From a virus: a stretch of DNA of 64,000 bases. The notes beneath the pieces are model-generated. The model worked only from the letters and a program-made list of their open reading frames with translations, was not told the DNA's origin and made no database searches. The first letter of the stretch is position 1, and each line of letters begins with the position of its first letter. The stretch is taken from IMG/VR virus record IMGVR_UViG_3300021086_000001. One strand, 5' to 3'. The position numbers were made by a program, and so were the translations under genes. Below, piece after piece: positions 1 through 8,018 of this stretch.

Positions 1-5
1 ATACA

Positions 6-185
6 ATGAGCAGCAAACGAAATTCAGATGATGTCACACCGGATTCCATAGCATACACGTATTTTGAGATCAGCATCTACTTGCACGGTCTACAGCCCCA
101 TATTCGCGAATTCCTTGTCCGTAAAGATAGAGTACAAGACGTTCCAACTGAATATCCAACGCATGACATGACTGATCAGGATTGA
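6..185 (+). CDS. hypothetical protein (59 aa)
   Basis: ATG at 6 to TGA at 183-185, read manually (MSSKRNSDDV...); below the ORF-track cutoff. Confidence 0.35.
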   Translation: MSSKRNSDDVTPDSIAYTYFEISIYLHGLQPHIREFLVRKDRVQDVPTEYPTHDMTDQD

Positions 186-201
186 CACCAATTGATATAA
201 T
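182..201 (+). promoter_or_regulatory. extended -10 promoter (TG-A-TATAAT) with TTGACA only 8 nt upstream
   Basis: TTGACA 182-187, TG 193-194, TATAAT 196-201, upstream of the HTH gene. Confidence 0.55.
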
Positions 202-252
202 ACCCGCAAGTTGTGTGCGACATACACAACACATAGAAGGAGAGAATATACC

Positions 253-462
253 ATGAGCAAACAAACAGTAGAAACAGCAGAGAGCGAACTTTTGACCGTA
301 TCTGAAGTGTCTGCAATCCTAAGAGTGGATGCAACAACTGTGCGCCGATGGGTGAAGCACGGGACATTTGAGGCCGTCAGTTTGCCACACCGAGGCCGCC
401 GTCAGGCCTATCGCATTCGCAAGGCAACAATGGACAAGCTGCTTGAGACTACTCAGGTATAG
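253..462 (+). CDS. excisionase/MerR-like HTH DNA-binding protein
   Basis: LLTVSEVSAILRVDATTVRRWVKHG is a typical HTH_17 motif; ATG at 253 chosen over the upstream ORF-track start. Confidence 0.85.
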   Translation: MSKQTVETAESELLTVSEVSAILRVDATTVRRWVKHGTFEAVSLPHRGRRQAYRIRKATMDKLLETTQV

Positions 463-477
463 TTAGCAAGCAATCAA

Positions 478-512
478 GGACGTTCTGTAATAGTAGAACG
501 TCCTTTCTTTTT
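478..512 (+). terminator. intrinsic terminator
   Basis: GGACGTTCT/AGAACGTCC stem followed by TTTCTTTTT. Confidence 0.75.
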
Positions 513-517
513 GCCAT

Positions 518-537
518 TTGACATACGGTGATACTAT
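518..537 (+). promoter_or_regulatory. extended -10 promoter (TG-A-TACTAT) with TTGACA 8 nt upstream
   Basis: same layout as 182-201. Confidence 0.5.
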
Positions 538-603
538 GAAATATATCAATAAAAGGAATTGATAATTCGTGATGTACGTGTGCAGAATTCAAGGAGAATT
601 ACC

Positions 604-1071
604 ATGTTGCAAGAATACGCGTCAACGTCTAGAGAGGTATTTCGAGCACTAAGTCTGAGTGTCGACCCACTTTCCGCATTGACAATGGACAGTATCCGCA
701 AGGAAGAGAGAGAGAAGAGAAGGATGTTGGAAGAGATGCGCATTGCAGAGCAGGAAACATGCTGCATGCCTATCATTGCAAAGAGTCCCCCACTCGATAC
801 AGACAAGCTCGTGGCAGCGGTACTTACCGCTGACGATGATCTGTATGTCGATAAGATTGCCAGCTCTAACCACCACACTGCTGACCTCATCAATGAAGCT
901 TTTGATGAGCTGCATAGCATCCCCACGCTGATAGAGATATCCAATCTGAGATACATCGCGATGGGGAAGCTCTCAATGAGGATGAGGTTTTACTACCATG
1001 GGATATTGGTGCCATTCAGGCCAGCGGATAGGGCGTGCAAGTTCGATGTCAGGGTGTATGGCATGAGGTAG
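604..1071 (+). CDS. hypothetical protein
   Basis: AAGGAG RBS before ATG 604; followed by a terminator. Confidence 0.65.
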   Translation: MLQEYASTSREVFRALSLSVDPLSALTMDSIRKEEREKRRMLEEMRIAEQETCCMPIIAKSPPLDTDKLVAAVLTADDDLYVDKIASSNHHTADLINEAFDELHSIPTLIEISNLRYIAMGKLSMRMRFYYHGILVPFRPADRACKFDVRVYGMR

Positions 1072-1092
1072 GTGAGAAGGGAAGGAACGAAT

Positions 1093-1119
1093 GGAGACCG
1101 CTGTTGGGTCTCCTTTTTT
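1093..1119 (+). terminator. intrinsic terminator
   Basis: GGAGACC/GGTCTCC stem + T6. Confidence 0.8.
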
Positions 1120-1190
1120 GTGTCCACAGCATACGTGCAAAAGATGCAATACGAATTGCAGTGGGATAGTGAAATTGATCCTCTAGGCTA

Positions 1191-1219
1191 TTGACATTAA
1201 ATAATATTTATATTATACT
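1191..1219 (+). promoter_or_regulatory. sigma70 promoter with palindromic operator ATAATAT-TT-ATATTAT
   Basis: TTGACA-17-TATACT; 16-bp inverted repeat at 1201-1216. Confidence 0.85.
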
Positions 1220-1257
1220 AAGGACAGTTAAGAGAGCACAAACGAAGGAGCAAGGAA

Positions 1258-1644
1258 ATGAAACAAGTAACATTCTGGGACATCACTGATCTAGACCGAA
1301 ATGAGGTCTACTACCACGCTGTACACGGAAACGTGTTCGGGATGCTTCAGAACCAAGCTGAAGACGGTGAGATCACACTGTGGGGCCGAAACGTGGATGA
1401 TGAGCACGAGAGAGGTGCTGGACAAATCTCTTGTAGTTCCTTCGATGGTATGCAGATGAGTATCGACAATTTCCTGGATGATGATGGCATAATCTTCATC
1501 CTTGCAGGTGAGAACCCCGAGAAGCTCAACTCTGAAGAGTATCTGATTTCTCTTCCTGAGTGGAAAATCGTTGGTGGGCTCCGACCGACTGATGACCCTG
1601 AAATGTTCGAACTGTACACAATGGAAGAGATGGTGAGCCTCTAA
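1258..1644 (+). CDS. small, highly acidic hypothetical protein
   Basis: 128 aa, about 27 D/E vs 7 K/R by manual count; RBS present; first gene after the promoter. Confidence 0.75.
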   Translation: MKQVTFWDITDLDRNEVYYHAVHGNVFGMLQNQAEDGEITLWGRNVDDEHERGAGQISCSSFDGMQMSIDNFLDDDGIIFILAGENPEKLNSEEYLISLPEWKIVGGLRPTDDPEMFELYTMEEMVSL

Positions 1645-2021
1645 TGTCTCGTAAGTGTATTGATTGTGGGGATGAAAGGGCCCTAGGCGCTACAAAGTAT
1701 TGCAGCGCATGTGGTGATAGGCATGCTATTAAGAACCAAGCGCGTGCCGATCTGTACCACACGTTAAGGGTGAGAGGTGCTAAAACCTGCTCACTCTGCA
1801 ATAGAGAGGAGTCTGAATTAGTACGTTTTGCTTCCATTGGGAATAAGTGCAGGGATTGCATGTCTGCAATCCATCAAGAAAAGCAAAACAAATTATGCGC
1901 TGATTGTGGTCTCGCTCTTCCTCTTAAAAAGGGAGGAAGAGCACGCTGCGAAGAGTGCGCAGAGAAACATCACAAGATGCAACAAAAACAATGGTACGAG
2001 AGGAAGAAGAATGGCGAGTGA
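1644..2021 (+). CDS. Cys-rich (six CxxC) zinc-binding protein
   Basis: CIDC, CSAC, CSLC, CRDC, CADC, CEEC; start overlaps the upstream stop codon. Confidence 0.75.
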   Translation: MSRKCIDCGDERALGATKYCSACGDRHAIKNQARADLYHTLRVRGAKTCSLCNREESELVRFASIGNKCRDCMSAIHQEKQNKLCADCGLALPLKKGGRARCEECAEKHHKMQQKQWYERKKNGE

Positions 2022-2292
2022 AGAAAAAACCGTAGGGCGTCCTCGCAAGGGGGTGACTCAAGTGACCTTTACGCTTGAGCAGGATGTTGTTGAGTATATC
2101 AGCAGCCTCCCAAGCGGACAGAAGAGTGAATTTGCTAACACTGCACTAAGAGCAGAGATTGCACGTCTGCATACTTGCTCTCTATGCAGCCACACGGCAG
2201 ACCTTAAATGTGAGATAGGAACGTGCGCACCTATCACATGGTTTTGCTCATACCACTATATGGTAAAGCACCACCCAGAAGATGGAGACTGA
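2011..2292 (+). CDS. ribbon-helix-helix-like regulator with C-terminal Cys/His motif
   Basis: GRPRKG + TQVTFTL beta strand + two helices (CopG/RHH pattern); ATG at 2011. Confidence 0.6.
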   Translation: MASEEKTVGRPRKGVTQVTFTLEQDVVEYISSLPSGQKSEFANTALRAEIARLHTCSLCSHTADLKCEIGTCAPITWFCSYHYMVKHHPEDGD

Positions 2293-2332
2293 GCAAGCTC
2301 TCGACTAGTTTCAGAATTCCCTTGAAAACCCC

Positions 2333-2361
2333 TTGACAAAAGATAATATTTATATTATTAT
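2333..2361 (+). promoter_or_regulatory. sigma70 promoter with a second copy of the operator ATAATAT-TT-ATATTAT
   Basis: TTGACA-17-TATTAT; identical 16-mer at 2343-2358. Confidence 0.85.
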
Positions 2362-2424
2362 ATTATCAGTGAAGGGAACAACGGGTTCTCGAAAAGTAAG
2401 AGCAATCTCAGAAAGGCCAACAAA

Positions 2425-2667
2425 ATGCCGCAAGAACACAGCAGTATCCCGGCTCATCAGAACGATGAGAACATCGCCCTCATCATTGAGGGCATGGTAG
2501 CCAAGGTCTATGTCAGGGAATATTCCTTCCCTGGTGGAGAGAGACAGGAAGTTGTCTTTGAGTCGGGGAATTGGGAAGAGGCTGAGGAGAAGTATGTTGA
2601 AGCTCTCATGCTTCGTGACCAGTCAGGCTTTAAAGATGCTGCGACAATTCGCAAACATTTAGTATAG
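2425..2667 (+). CDS. hypothetical protein
   Basis: 80-aa ORF directly downstream of the promoter. Confidence 0.65.
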   Translation: MPQEHSSIPAHQNDENIALIIEGMVAKVYVREYSFPGGERQEVVFESGNWEEAEEKYVEALMLRDQSGFKDAATIRKHLV

Positions 2668-2710
2668 TTGATAGAGCAGCTCAGTGAGCTAGCACGAAAG
2701 GTTTTTCAAG

Positions 2711-3172
2711 ATGGGACTCATGAAATATCAATTTGATAATCATGCTAATGGGGACATCTATTCATCTCCAGATAATCGCGATCCTGAAGACCTCAGGAAG
2801 ATCCATGAGATGCTGGAGAAGTGGAACTCTCCTGAGTATAAAGCGGAGGCGGAAGCTAAAGAGCGACATGAAAGAGAGTGCATTGCTGCTCTCAAAGCTA
2901 AGAAGCTTGCCCAATGCCAAGGAGAGCTTGATGCGGCATGTGAGTGCCCTGTAAAAGTAGGAGTAGAAGCGTTCCGTTGCCCAGTTCTCAGGACGATAAA
3001 TGGCAGTGGGAGAGCAAAGTCCTGGGCTGTCATCAGGAGCAAGCAGTGTTTTCCCGTTGTGCTCAATCTAGAGATAGATGCTTTCTGCCTGGACGAGCCA
3101 GGATGTGCAGTTCCTCTACAAGGTGTTCTTGAGGGTCATGCTGCGCGTGGATATTCCTTCGAGAGATGGTAG
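2711..3172 (+). CDS. hypothetical protein
   Basis: ORF track; co-directional with the operon. Confidence 0.55.
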   Translation: MGLMKYQFDNHANGDIYSSPDNRDPEDLRKIHEMLEKWNSPEYKAEAEAKERHERECIAALKAKKLAQCQGELDAACECPVKVGVEAFRCPVLRTINGSGRAKSWAVIRSKQCFPVVLNLEIDAFCLDEPGCAVPLQGVLEGHAARGYSFERW

Positions 3173-3216
3173 TTTCGTTTCGATAGTAGAAACGAAAAGT
3201 GAAAGGAGCAATTACC

Positions 3217-3438
3217 ATGAGTGGCCCATATTGGAAGGTTCCTTATTCTGCCCAACGCAAAGGGCAGTACGCAACTATTGAAGAGGTACAAGCGGCTCTT
3301 CCGTCTGATGTCCCAGGATTGTCCGTGGATGATGGTCTTCGGTATCCCTGTGTGCGATTCCCTGAGAATGCCTCAAATGAGACGATGCAAAAGGTGAAAA
3401 AGCACTTGGAGAGTCAGGGATTTAGCGCAGTATATTAG
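3217..3438 (+). CDS. hypothetical protein
   Basis: AAAGGAG RBS before ATG 3217. Confidence 0.65.
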   Translation: MSGPYWKVPYSAQRKGQYATIEEVQAALPSDVPGLSVDDGLRYPCVRFPENASNETMQKVKKHLESQGFSAVY

Positions 3439-3477
3439 TACAGTGGGGCATTTCTGCCCCCACTCCCAGGAGTAATT

Positions 3478-3681
3478 ATGTTATACGCAGTCATCTTCCG
3501 CAATCGTGCGGAAGAGCTTGTCATTAGGGCTATTGAAGACTCTTCCATTGAGGAGGCCATTGAGACTGTTGTCTCCCAATGGAATAAAGATTATGAAGGC
3601 ACAAAAGAGGAATGTGAGTATCCTCTATCTGGAGCGAGCGCCGTTCCAATAAAGTCTGGGGAAGGGATATATCATGCATAA
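3478..3681 (+). CDS. small acidic hypothetical protein
   Basis: AGGAG RBS; E/D-rich. Confidence 0.65.
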   Translation: MLYAVIFRNRAEELVIRAIEDSSIEEAIETVVSQWNKDYEGTKEECEYPLSGASAVPIKSGEGIYHA

Positions 3682-4057
3682 GTATCAATTCTCAGCTCAG
3701 TTTCTATCTGATATCGTCGCGATTGCGCATGATATCGCATATCATCAACGCGGTGTCCGCGAATTGCAATCTGTAGATGTTCTGCAAGAAAAGTTCGTAA
3801 AAGAGCTAAAAGAGCTGAGCGAGACAGATCATCCTATAGAAGAAATTGTAGATGTTGTCTATTATGCCCTCTGCCTAGCAGCTCAGGGTAAAAATCTTCG
3901 CTTATCTGAGATAGAGAGTGGACTATTATCAAAATATTCGTATTCTCAGGAGCAACTTGAACGGGCCTCGCTTGCCAAGTATCGCATCCGAGCTGAAGGA
4001 CCAAATAGTAAAGATTTCGAGAGAGAGCGTGCAGCCATCAATGCGGCTCTCAAGTAG
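3674..4057 (+). CDS. MazG-like all-alpha NTP pyrophosphohydrolase (putative)
   Basis: KFVKELKELSE...IEEIVDVVYYAL resembles the MazG ExxE...EExD metal-binding motif. Confidence 0.55.
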   Translation: MHKYQFSAQFLSDIVAIAHDIAYHQRGVRELQSVDVLQEKFVKELKELSETDHPIEEIVDVVYYALCLAAQGKNLRLSEIESGLLSKYSYSQEQLERASLAKYRIRAEGPNSKDFERERAAINAALK

Positions 4058-4072
4058 CCCACGCATCCGTCG

Positions 4073-4097
4073 GAGCCATCGAAAGGTGGCTCTTTTT
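4073..4097 (+). terminator. intrinsic terminator
   Basis: GAGCCAT-CGAAAG-GTGGCTC + T5. Confidence 0.75.
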
Positions 4098-4102
4098 CAT
4101 GC

Positions 4103-4390
4103 TCAGCTCAGTATGATCCTCATCGCAAGCACAGCAGCTACAATCTTCCAAAAAAAGATGAGAGCCACCACTACTCCAAAGAGTGCAAATCCTACCACGA
4201 TAGAACGGAAGCCACGTATCTCAATCTTCCTATCCTCTTGCAAGAGATTATGCCAGTATGGTGGGGGTGTCCAAGGATCATCATCTCTGTCATAGCGCAT
4301 CTTAGGCATAACAGGTATTTCTACTGCTGTTTCCGTCTCGTTAAACTTATGTTTGAGTTCGGGATCTGGAAGCGGATCTCTGAGTAGCAT
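4103..4390 (-). CDS. membrane-anchored hypothetical protein
   Basis: C-terminal hydrophobic stretch IVVGFALFGVVVALIFFW. Confidence 0.55.
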   Translation of the reverse strand: MLLRDPLPDPELKHKFNETETAVEIPVMPKMRYDRDDDPWTPPPYWHNLLQEDRKIEIRGFRSIVVGFALFGVVVALIFFWKIVAAVLAMRIILS

Positions 4391-4642
4391 AGGGCGTGCC
4401 TCTTTGTAGGTCTGCTCCGTAGTATTTCTTTGCAAAAATTGTTAGGGAGCAGCGCAATAAGAATGCTGCCAATCCGCTAATTACGCGTTGGGGGATGCAC
4501 AATCTCTTCCTTCTCCCCAGAAACTGTGCAGCGAATTGGCATACCTCAATTCTATAGTACATGCAAGGCGTGGTCAAGACTGTGTGTTTGCATGAATATT
4601 TTGTTTGTTTTGAAAATTGGTCATAATTCAATGCAAAACAAC

Positions 4643-4671
4643 TTGACAACAGTTTGATTTTATGGCATAAT
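4643..4671 (+). promoter_or_regulatory. sigma70 promoter
   Basis: TTGACA-17-CATAAT; CATAATTCAA repeated at 4622 and 4666. Confidence 0.75.
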
Positions 4672-4723
4672 TCAAATGTCGAGAGAAGTACTTGAGACGA
4701 AAGAATGAAAGAGAGATTTTGAA

Positions 4724-4930
4724 ATGATTAATCACGAAGTAGCAATTATTGGTTTTGATGGTGACATTGGCGAAGTGAATGCAGCTCTAATAAGCGCTGG
4801 CATCCAAATCAATGCAGAAGAGGCCAAGTCACAAGGTAAAGAGTCCTCGGTGTATGTCAGTCCTATGCAGATAGGACTGGCTGTCAAAATCATCAACGAC
4901 TTGGGATATGAGACTGATGAAGATGAGTAA
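4724..4930 (+). CDS. small acidic hypothetical protein
   Basis: 68 aa ending GYETDEDE; first gene after the promoter. Confidence 0.7.
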   Translation: MINHEVAIIGFDGDIGEVNAALISAGIQINAEEAKSQGKESSVYVSPMQIGLAVKIINDLGYETDEDE

Positions 4931-5216
4931 TAGCAATCGTGGGGGTGCTCGTCCTGGAGCTGGACGCCCCAAGATCAAAGTCGTCAAAGCTCCTGAGAGG
5001 CCTGACTCTGAGTGGATGCTTGTTCCTATCCCTATTCCGATGTGGGAGGAATTTTGTGAAGCAGCTCAAGAATACGTTACCCCATTAGGGAATGAGCCTC
5101 AAAAGTCAGATTATGTGAGACTAGCAGATCTGGTGATGATTGATGCTATCAATCGATACATCAATCAGAAAAAAAGAGCTGACAAGAGAAAGGCAAAGGA
5201 AAATGAACAAATTTAG
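4923..5216 (+). CDS. putative DNA-binding regulator (RGGARPGAGRPK arm, RHH-like)
   Basis: N-terminal RGGARPGAGRPK motif common in RHH/HTH regulators. Confidence 0.6.
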   Translation: MSNSNRGGARPGAGRPKIKVVKAPERPDSEWMLVPIPIPMWEEFCEAAQEYVTPLGNEPQKSDYVRLADLVMIDAINRYINQKKRADKRKAKENEQI

Positions 5217-5526
5217 AGAAGAGATTAAACGAGGCGCGGCCTTGCTGGATAATAAGTTCCCAGGATGGGAGAGTAAAGTAAATGTCAAAACACTTGACAT
5301 GAGCAAGGCGAGCCTCTGTCTAATCAGGCAGGTTAATCCATATTATGAGGTATGGCATACAGAACGAGAAATTTTGCCTCTTCAAGAAGGTACTGCTGAA
5401 TCGCTTCTGCATGCAAGTGCTGAGCATGGTTTCTATGTCGAGGATCAAGGCCGATTTCCTGAGCAGGCATATGCACCCCTGACCCAGGAATGGATACAAT
5501 TACTGCAAGAAAGGCAGAACGTTTAG
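5203..5526 (+). CDS. hypothetical protein
   Basis: AAGGA RBS before ATG 5203; converges on the lysis genes. Confidence 0.65.
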   Translation: MNKFREEIKRGAALLDNKFPGWESKVNVKTLDMSKASLCLIRQVNPYYEVWHTEREILPLQEGTAESLLHASAEHGFYVEDQGRFPEQAYAPLTQEWIQLLQERQNV

Positions 5527-5585
5527 CTAGTCCATATGAGTAGAAGCAAGCCCGGGTAACCATCTCGGGGCTTCTCCATGTCAGA

Positions 5586-5936
5586 CTATTGAGCTGCCCT
5601 AATCGCAAGCGGTGCAGGTGGCTCCGGTGGCTGTGGCTTGCTCAACGCGTTTACAGCAGCCTCTATAAATGCACTGAGTATCCCATCATCCGGTACAGGC
5701 AACTTGAATGTCATGAAGAACGACTTTAGCATGATCATGGCGTGATCCTTCTTCTCAGCATTCGAGCTCTCGGGGAATTGCTGCTCGACCATAGCAACTG
5801 CGACACTGGCCCAACGCTCGACATACGCTCTTTGTTGAGCAGGGAGATGCACGAGAAGCAGGTGGTAGAAGTAGCCCACAATGATGACGATTATCGGGAC
5901 AAGGTAGGGTGTAAGTGCGGTGATAAGCTGTGTCAT
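5586..5936 (-). CDS. holin, LL-H-like
   Basis: N-terminal TM helix then AVAMVEQ...AEKKDHA...IEAAV pattern; in the lysis cassette. Confidence 0.7.
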   Translation of the reverse strand: MTQLITALTPYLVPIIVIIVGYFYHLLLVHLPAQQRAYVERWASVAVAMVEQQFPESSNAEKKDHAMIMLKSFFMTFKLPVPDDGILSAFIEAAVNALSKPQPPEPPAPLAIRAAQ

Positions 5937-6334
5937 GGTTGTTGCTCCTTCTTTTCTATATCACTGATATGTATTGTTGTACTTCCTCCTTTGTTGTCTC
6001 TGATGTGGACCATCTTTCCTCGTATTGTCACCTCCATACCCATGGACTCTAGGGCAGAATATACAGTCTCAACTACTTGATTAAGCCTCACGTTCTCCTT
6101 TTCTGCTTCTTCCATCCTTCCTCGTAGTATATTCAAGTGCATCTGCATTGCTGAAATAGCATCTGCATTAGCCTGCTTTGCTATATCCTCCACTTTCTTT
6201 TCCGACTCTTTTTGAGCATCTTCTACCTTGGATTTGACACTTTTGTTCGTATACCAGCCATAGACGATCATAGCAAAGATCGTGAGAACAATCCCCGGCC
6301 AGCCTGATACCCCTGGAATTTGCATTGGGTTCAT
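5933..6334 (-). CDS. single-TM coiled-coil lysis-cassette protein
   Basis: N-terminal TM helix, heptad-rich body; sits between two holin-like genes. Confidence 0.6.
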   Translation of the reverse strand: MNPMQIPGVSGWPGIVLTIFAMIVYGWYTNKSVKSKVEDAQKESEKKVEDIAKQANADAISAMQMHLNILRGRMEEAEKENVRLNQVVETVYSALESMGMEVTIRGKMVHIRDNKGGSTTIHISDIEKKEQQP

Positions 6335-6335
6335 A

Positions 6336-6653
6336 TCATTTCCCTGGCTCTTCAGGCCTTGGCAATAGCAGTACCGCCGACTCTATTGCCAGTGCCATCG
6401 CAGATTTTGATGGTACAGGTAGATCCCACTCTTTGTACAGGTCTGCAACGTGCGCAATAGCAAGGTCTTTCTTGCCTGGATTACGCGTATTTGTCTGTTC
6501 TACTGCCTGAACAGCCATTCTTGCACAGGACTCTAATCGTGTAGCAGGGTCGTCAGGAATCTTCTGTGCTCTCTTTCGATCAAAGATGAGGTACATACCT
6601 CCGACAAAAAAGATCGTTGTGAGGAGTTGCATGGCAGTTTGCATCAAACTCAT
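6336..6653 (-). CDS. second LL-H-like holin
   Basis: TM helix + MAVQAVEQ...GKKDLA...LPVP...IESAV, similar to 5586-5936. Confidence 0.6.
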   Translation of the reverse strand: MSLMQTAMQLLTTIFFVGGMYLIFDRKRAQKIPDDPATRLESCARMAVQAVEQTNTRNPGKKDLAIAHVADLYKEWDLPVPSKSAMALAIESAVLLLPRPEEPGK

Positions 6654-7624
6654 GATAAGTCCTTCACAACCTGTGCAATCTTAGCTTGGAGTGCAGCCAG
6701 CTCTTGGGCAAGAGCACCGGGTTGTAGAGCAGCTACTTGCTTCTGTAGATCTGCAATCTGAGTTTGAGCAGCGATTGTACGCGGGTCTTGCTCGACATGG
6801 ATAAGGTAGCAGTCACCAGCTCCGGGCGGGTTGTCCGCGGTTTTCTTAGTATCGTAACGGACACTTCCTCTTTCGAACTCTTGCTGAACGACACCTGGAT
6901 GACCAGCTACCGGTAATTCCCCTGAACGAGGTAAGCCTAGGTAGGTAAGACCACACAAAGCGTCTCCACCGAACTTGCGGTAAAAGCCTAGAATGCCGTG
7001 CCCAACGATAAACCCGTTATCTTTGCACTTCCAATTGTTGTCGTCGCCACTAAAGTGAGAGGCTACGGTGCCGTCTGTAAGATCGATAGTTTTAGCCATA
7101 GGTTCGTTTCCTCCTTGTAAGTATGCCCATAATCCATTCCAGTCGAAATTGCCTGGACACCTTGCACGGTTCACAGGATCTATCGAGAAATGTCCCGTTA
7201 TACCAGTCGAGTCATCAGCGTCATGCATACCTATGCCATTCCGTTGACATATGTCCCTGATGAGATCGAAGCTAGCAGCTTGTTGAGCAGGTGTGAGCGG
7301 CTCTGAATTGTCGTTGCTACTCTTCACATGCTCTATTGATATCGTATACAAATTAGGATTTCCCTGCCAATTAGGATTGTTTACAACCCCATTGCCATAA
7401 GCTCCGTCTTTTTCTGCAATCGCTTGAACTACAGTACCATCTTGTCCTACAATGTAATGACTTGAGACGGGATTGGCTGTACCCTCAGTACCTTGGAAGA
7501 AACTGGCAATTCCTTGGGCACTAGAGCCTCCAGCCGTGGCATGTAAGATCAAAAAAGATTTCTTCCCTGTGTCTGAAAAAAAATTGCTGTTCGGTATCCA
7601 CAGGGCCTTGCTATAGTCAGACAT
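6650..7624 (-). CDS. endolysin, N-acetylmuramoyl-L-alanine amidase (Amidase_2)
   Basis: LILHAT, VSSHYIVGQDG, ISIEH, TGH..ID...RCPG zinc-ligand motifs; start at MSDYSK (7624). Confidence 0.9.
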   Translation of the reverse strand: MSDYSKALWIPNSNFFSDTGKKSFLILHATAGGSSAQGIASFFQGTEGTANPVSSHYIVGQDGTVVQAIAEKDGAYGNGVVNNPNWQGNPNLYTISIEHVKSSNDNSEPLTPAQQAASFDLIRDICQRNGIGMHDADDSTGITGHFSIDPVNRARCPGNFDWNGLWAYLQGGNEPMAKTIDLTDGTVASHFSGDDNNWKCKDNGFIVGHGILGFYRKFGGDALCGLTYLGLPRSGELPVAGHPGVVQQEFERGSVRYDTKKTADNPPGAGDCYLIHVEQDPRTIAAQTQIADLQKQVAALQPGALAQELAALQAKIAQVVKDLS

Positions 7625-7632
7625 TAGACCTC

Positions 7633-8001
7633 CTATACTCCACTTGGTAGTGGTAGAACCACTAAAATGATAGGTGAACCTTTCCCATCGTCTACATGTA
7701 CTACCCGGCCAGACGATAATACAATCTTGATCCACATCTTCCAACTATCAGCTATCGCCACATCAGCAGTTTGATAGGCATATGAAGCTCTACCATTATC
7801 CAAAGAATCAATAGTCCATTTTGTTGGATCGCACGTATGAAAGATAGTTGGGTCACTTACAGACTGCATAACCATAGTGATAGTTGCACCTAAGATACTG
7901 AGATACCCATTCAAGTGCAGAACTTGAATAATAAACGCATTACCTGTATCTCCCTGATACACCGGACTATAATCATTTATGGGTACTATTAGTGCTGCCA
8001 A
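7633..8001 (-). CDS. BppU N-terminal-like baseplate/adaptor protein
   Basis: QGDT...LGATITMVM...NGRASYAYQTADVAIAD pattern. Confidence 0.6.
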   Translation of the reverse strand: MAALIVPINDYSPVYQGDTGNAFIIQVLHLNGYLSILGATITMVMQSVSDPTIFHTCDPTKWTIDSLDNGRASYAYQTADVAIADSWKMWIKIVLSSGRVVHVDDGKGSPIILVVLPLPSGV

Positions 8002-8018
8002 GCTCTCACCTCCTTTTC

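Noticed and set aside
546-956. Minus-strand ORFs opposite 604-1071 (and similar short antisense ORFs throughout the track)
   Set aside because: They lack RBSs and overlap better-supported genes that have promoters and terminators.
7625-7744. Upstream extension of the amidase ORF
   Set aside because: Overlaps the BppU-like gene; the real start is most likely ATG 7624 after GGAGG.
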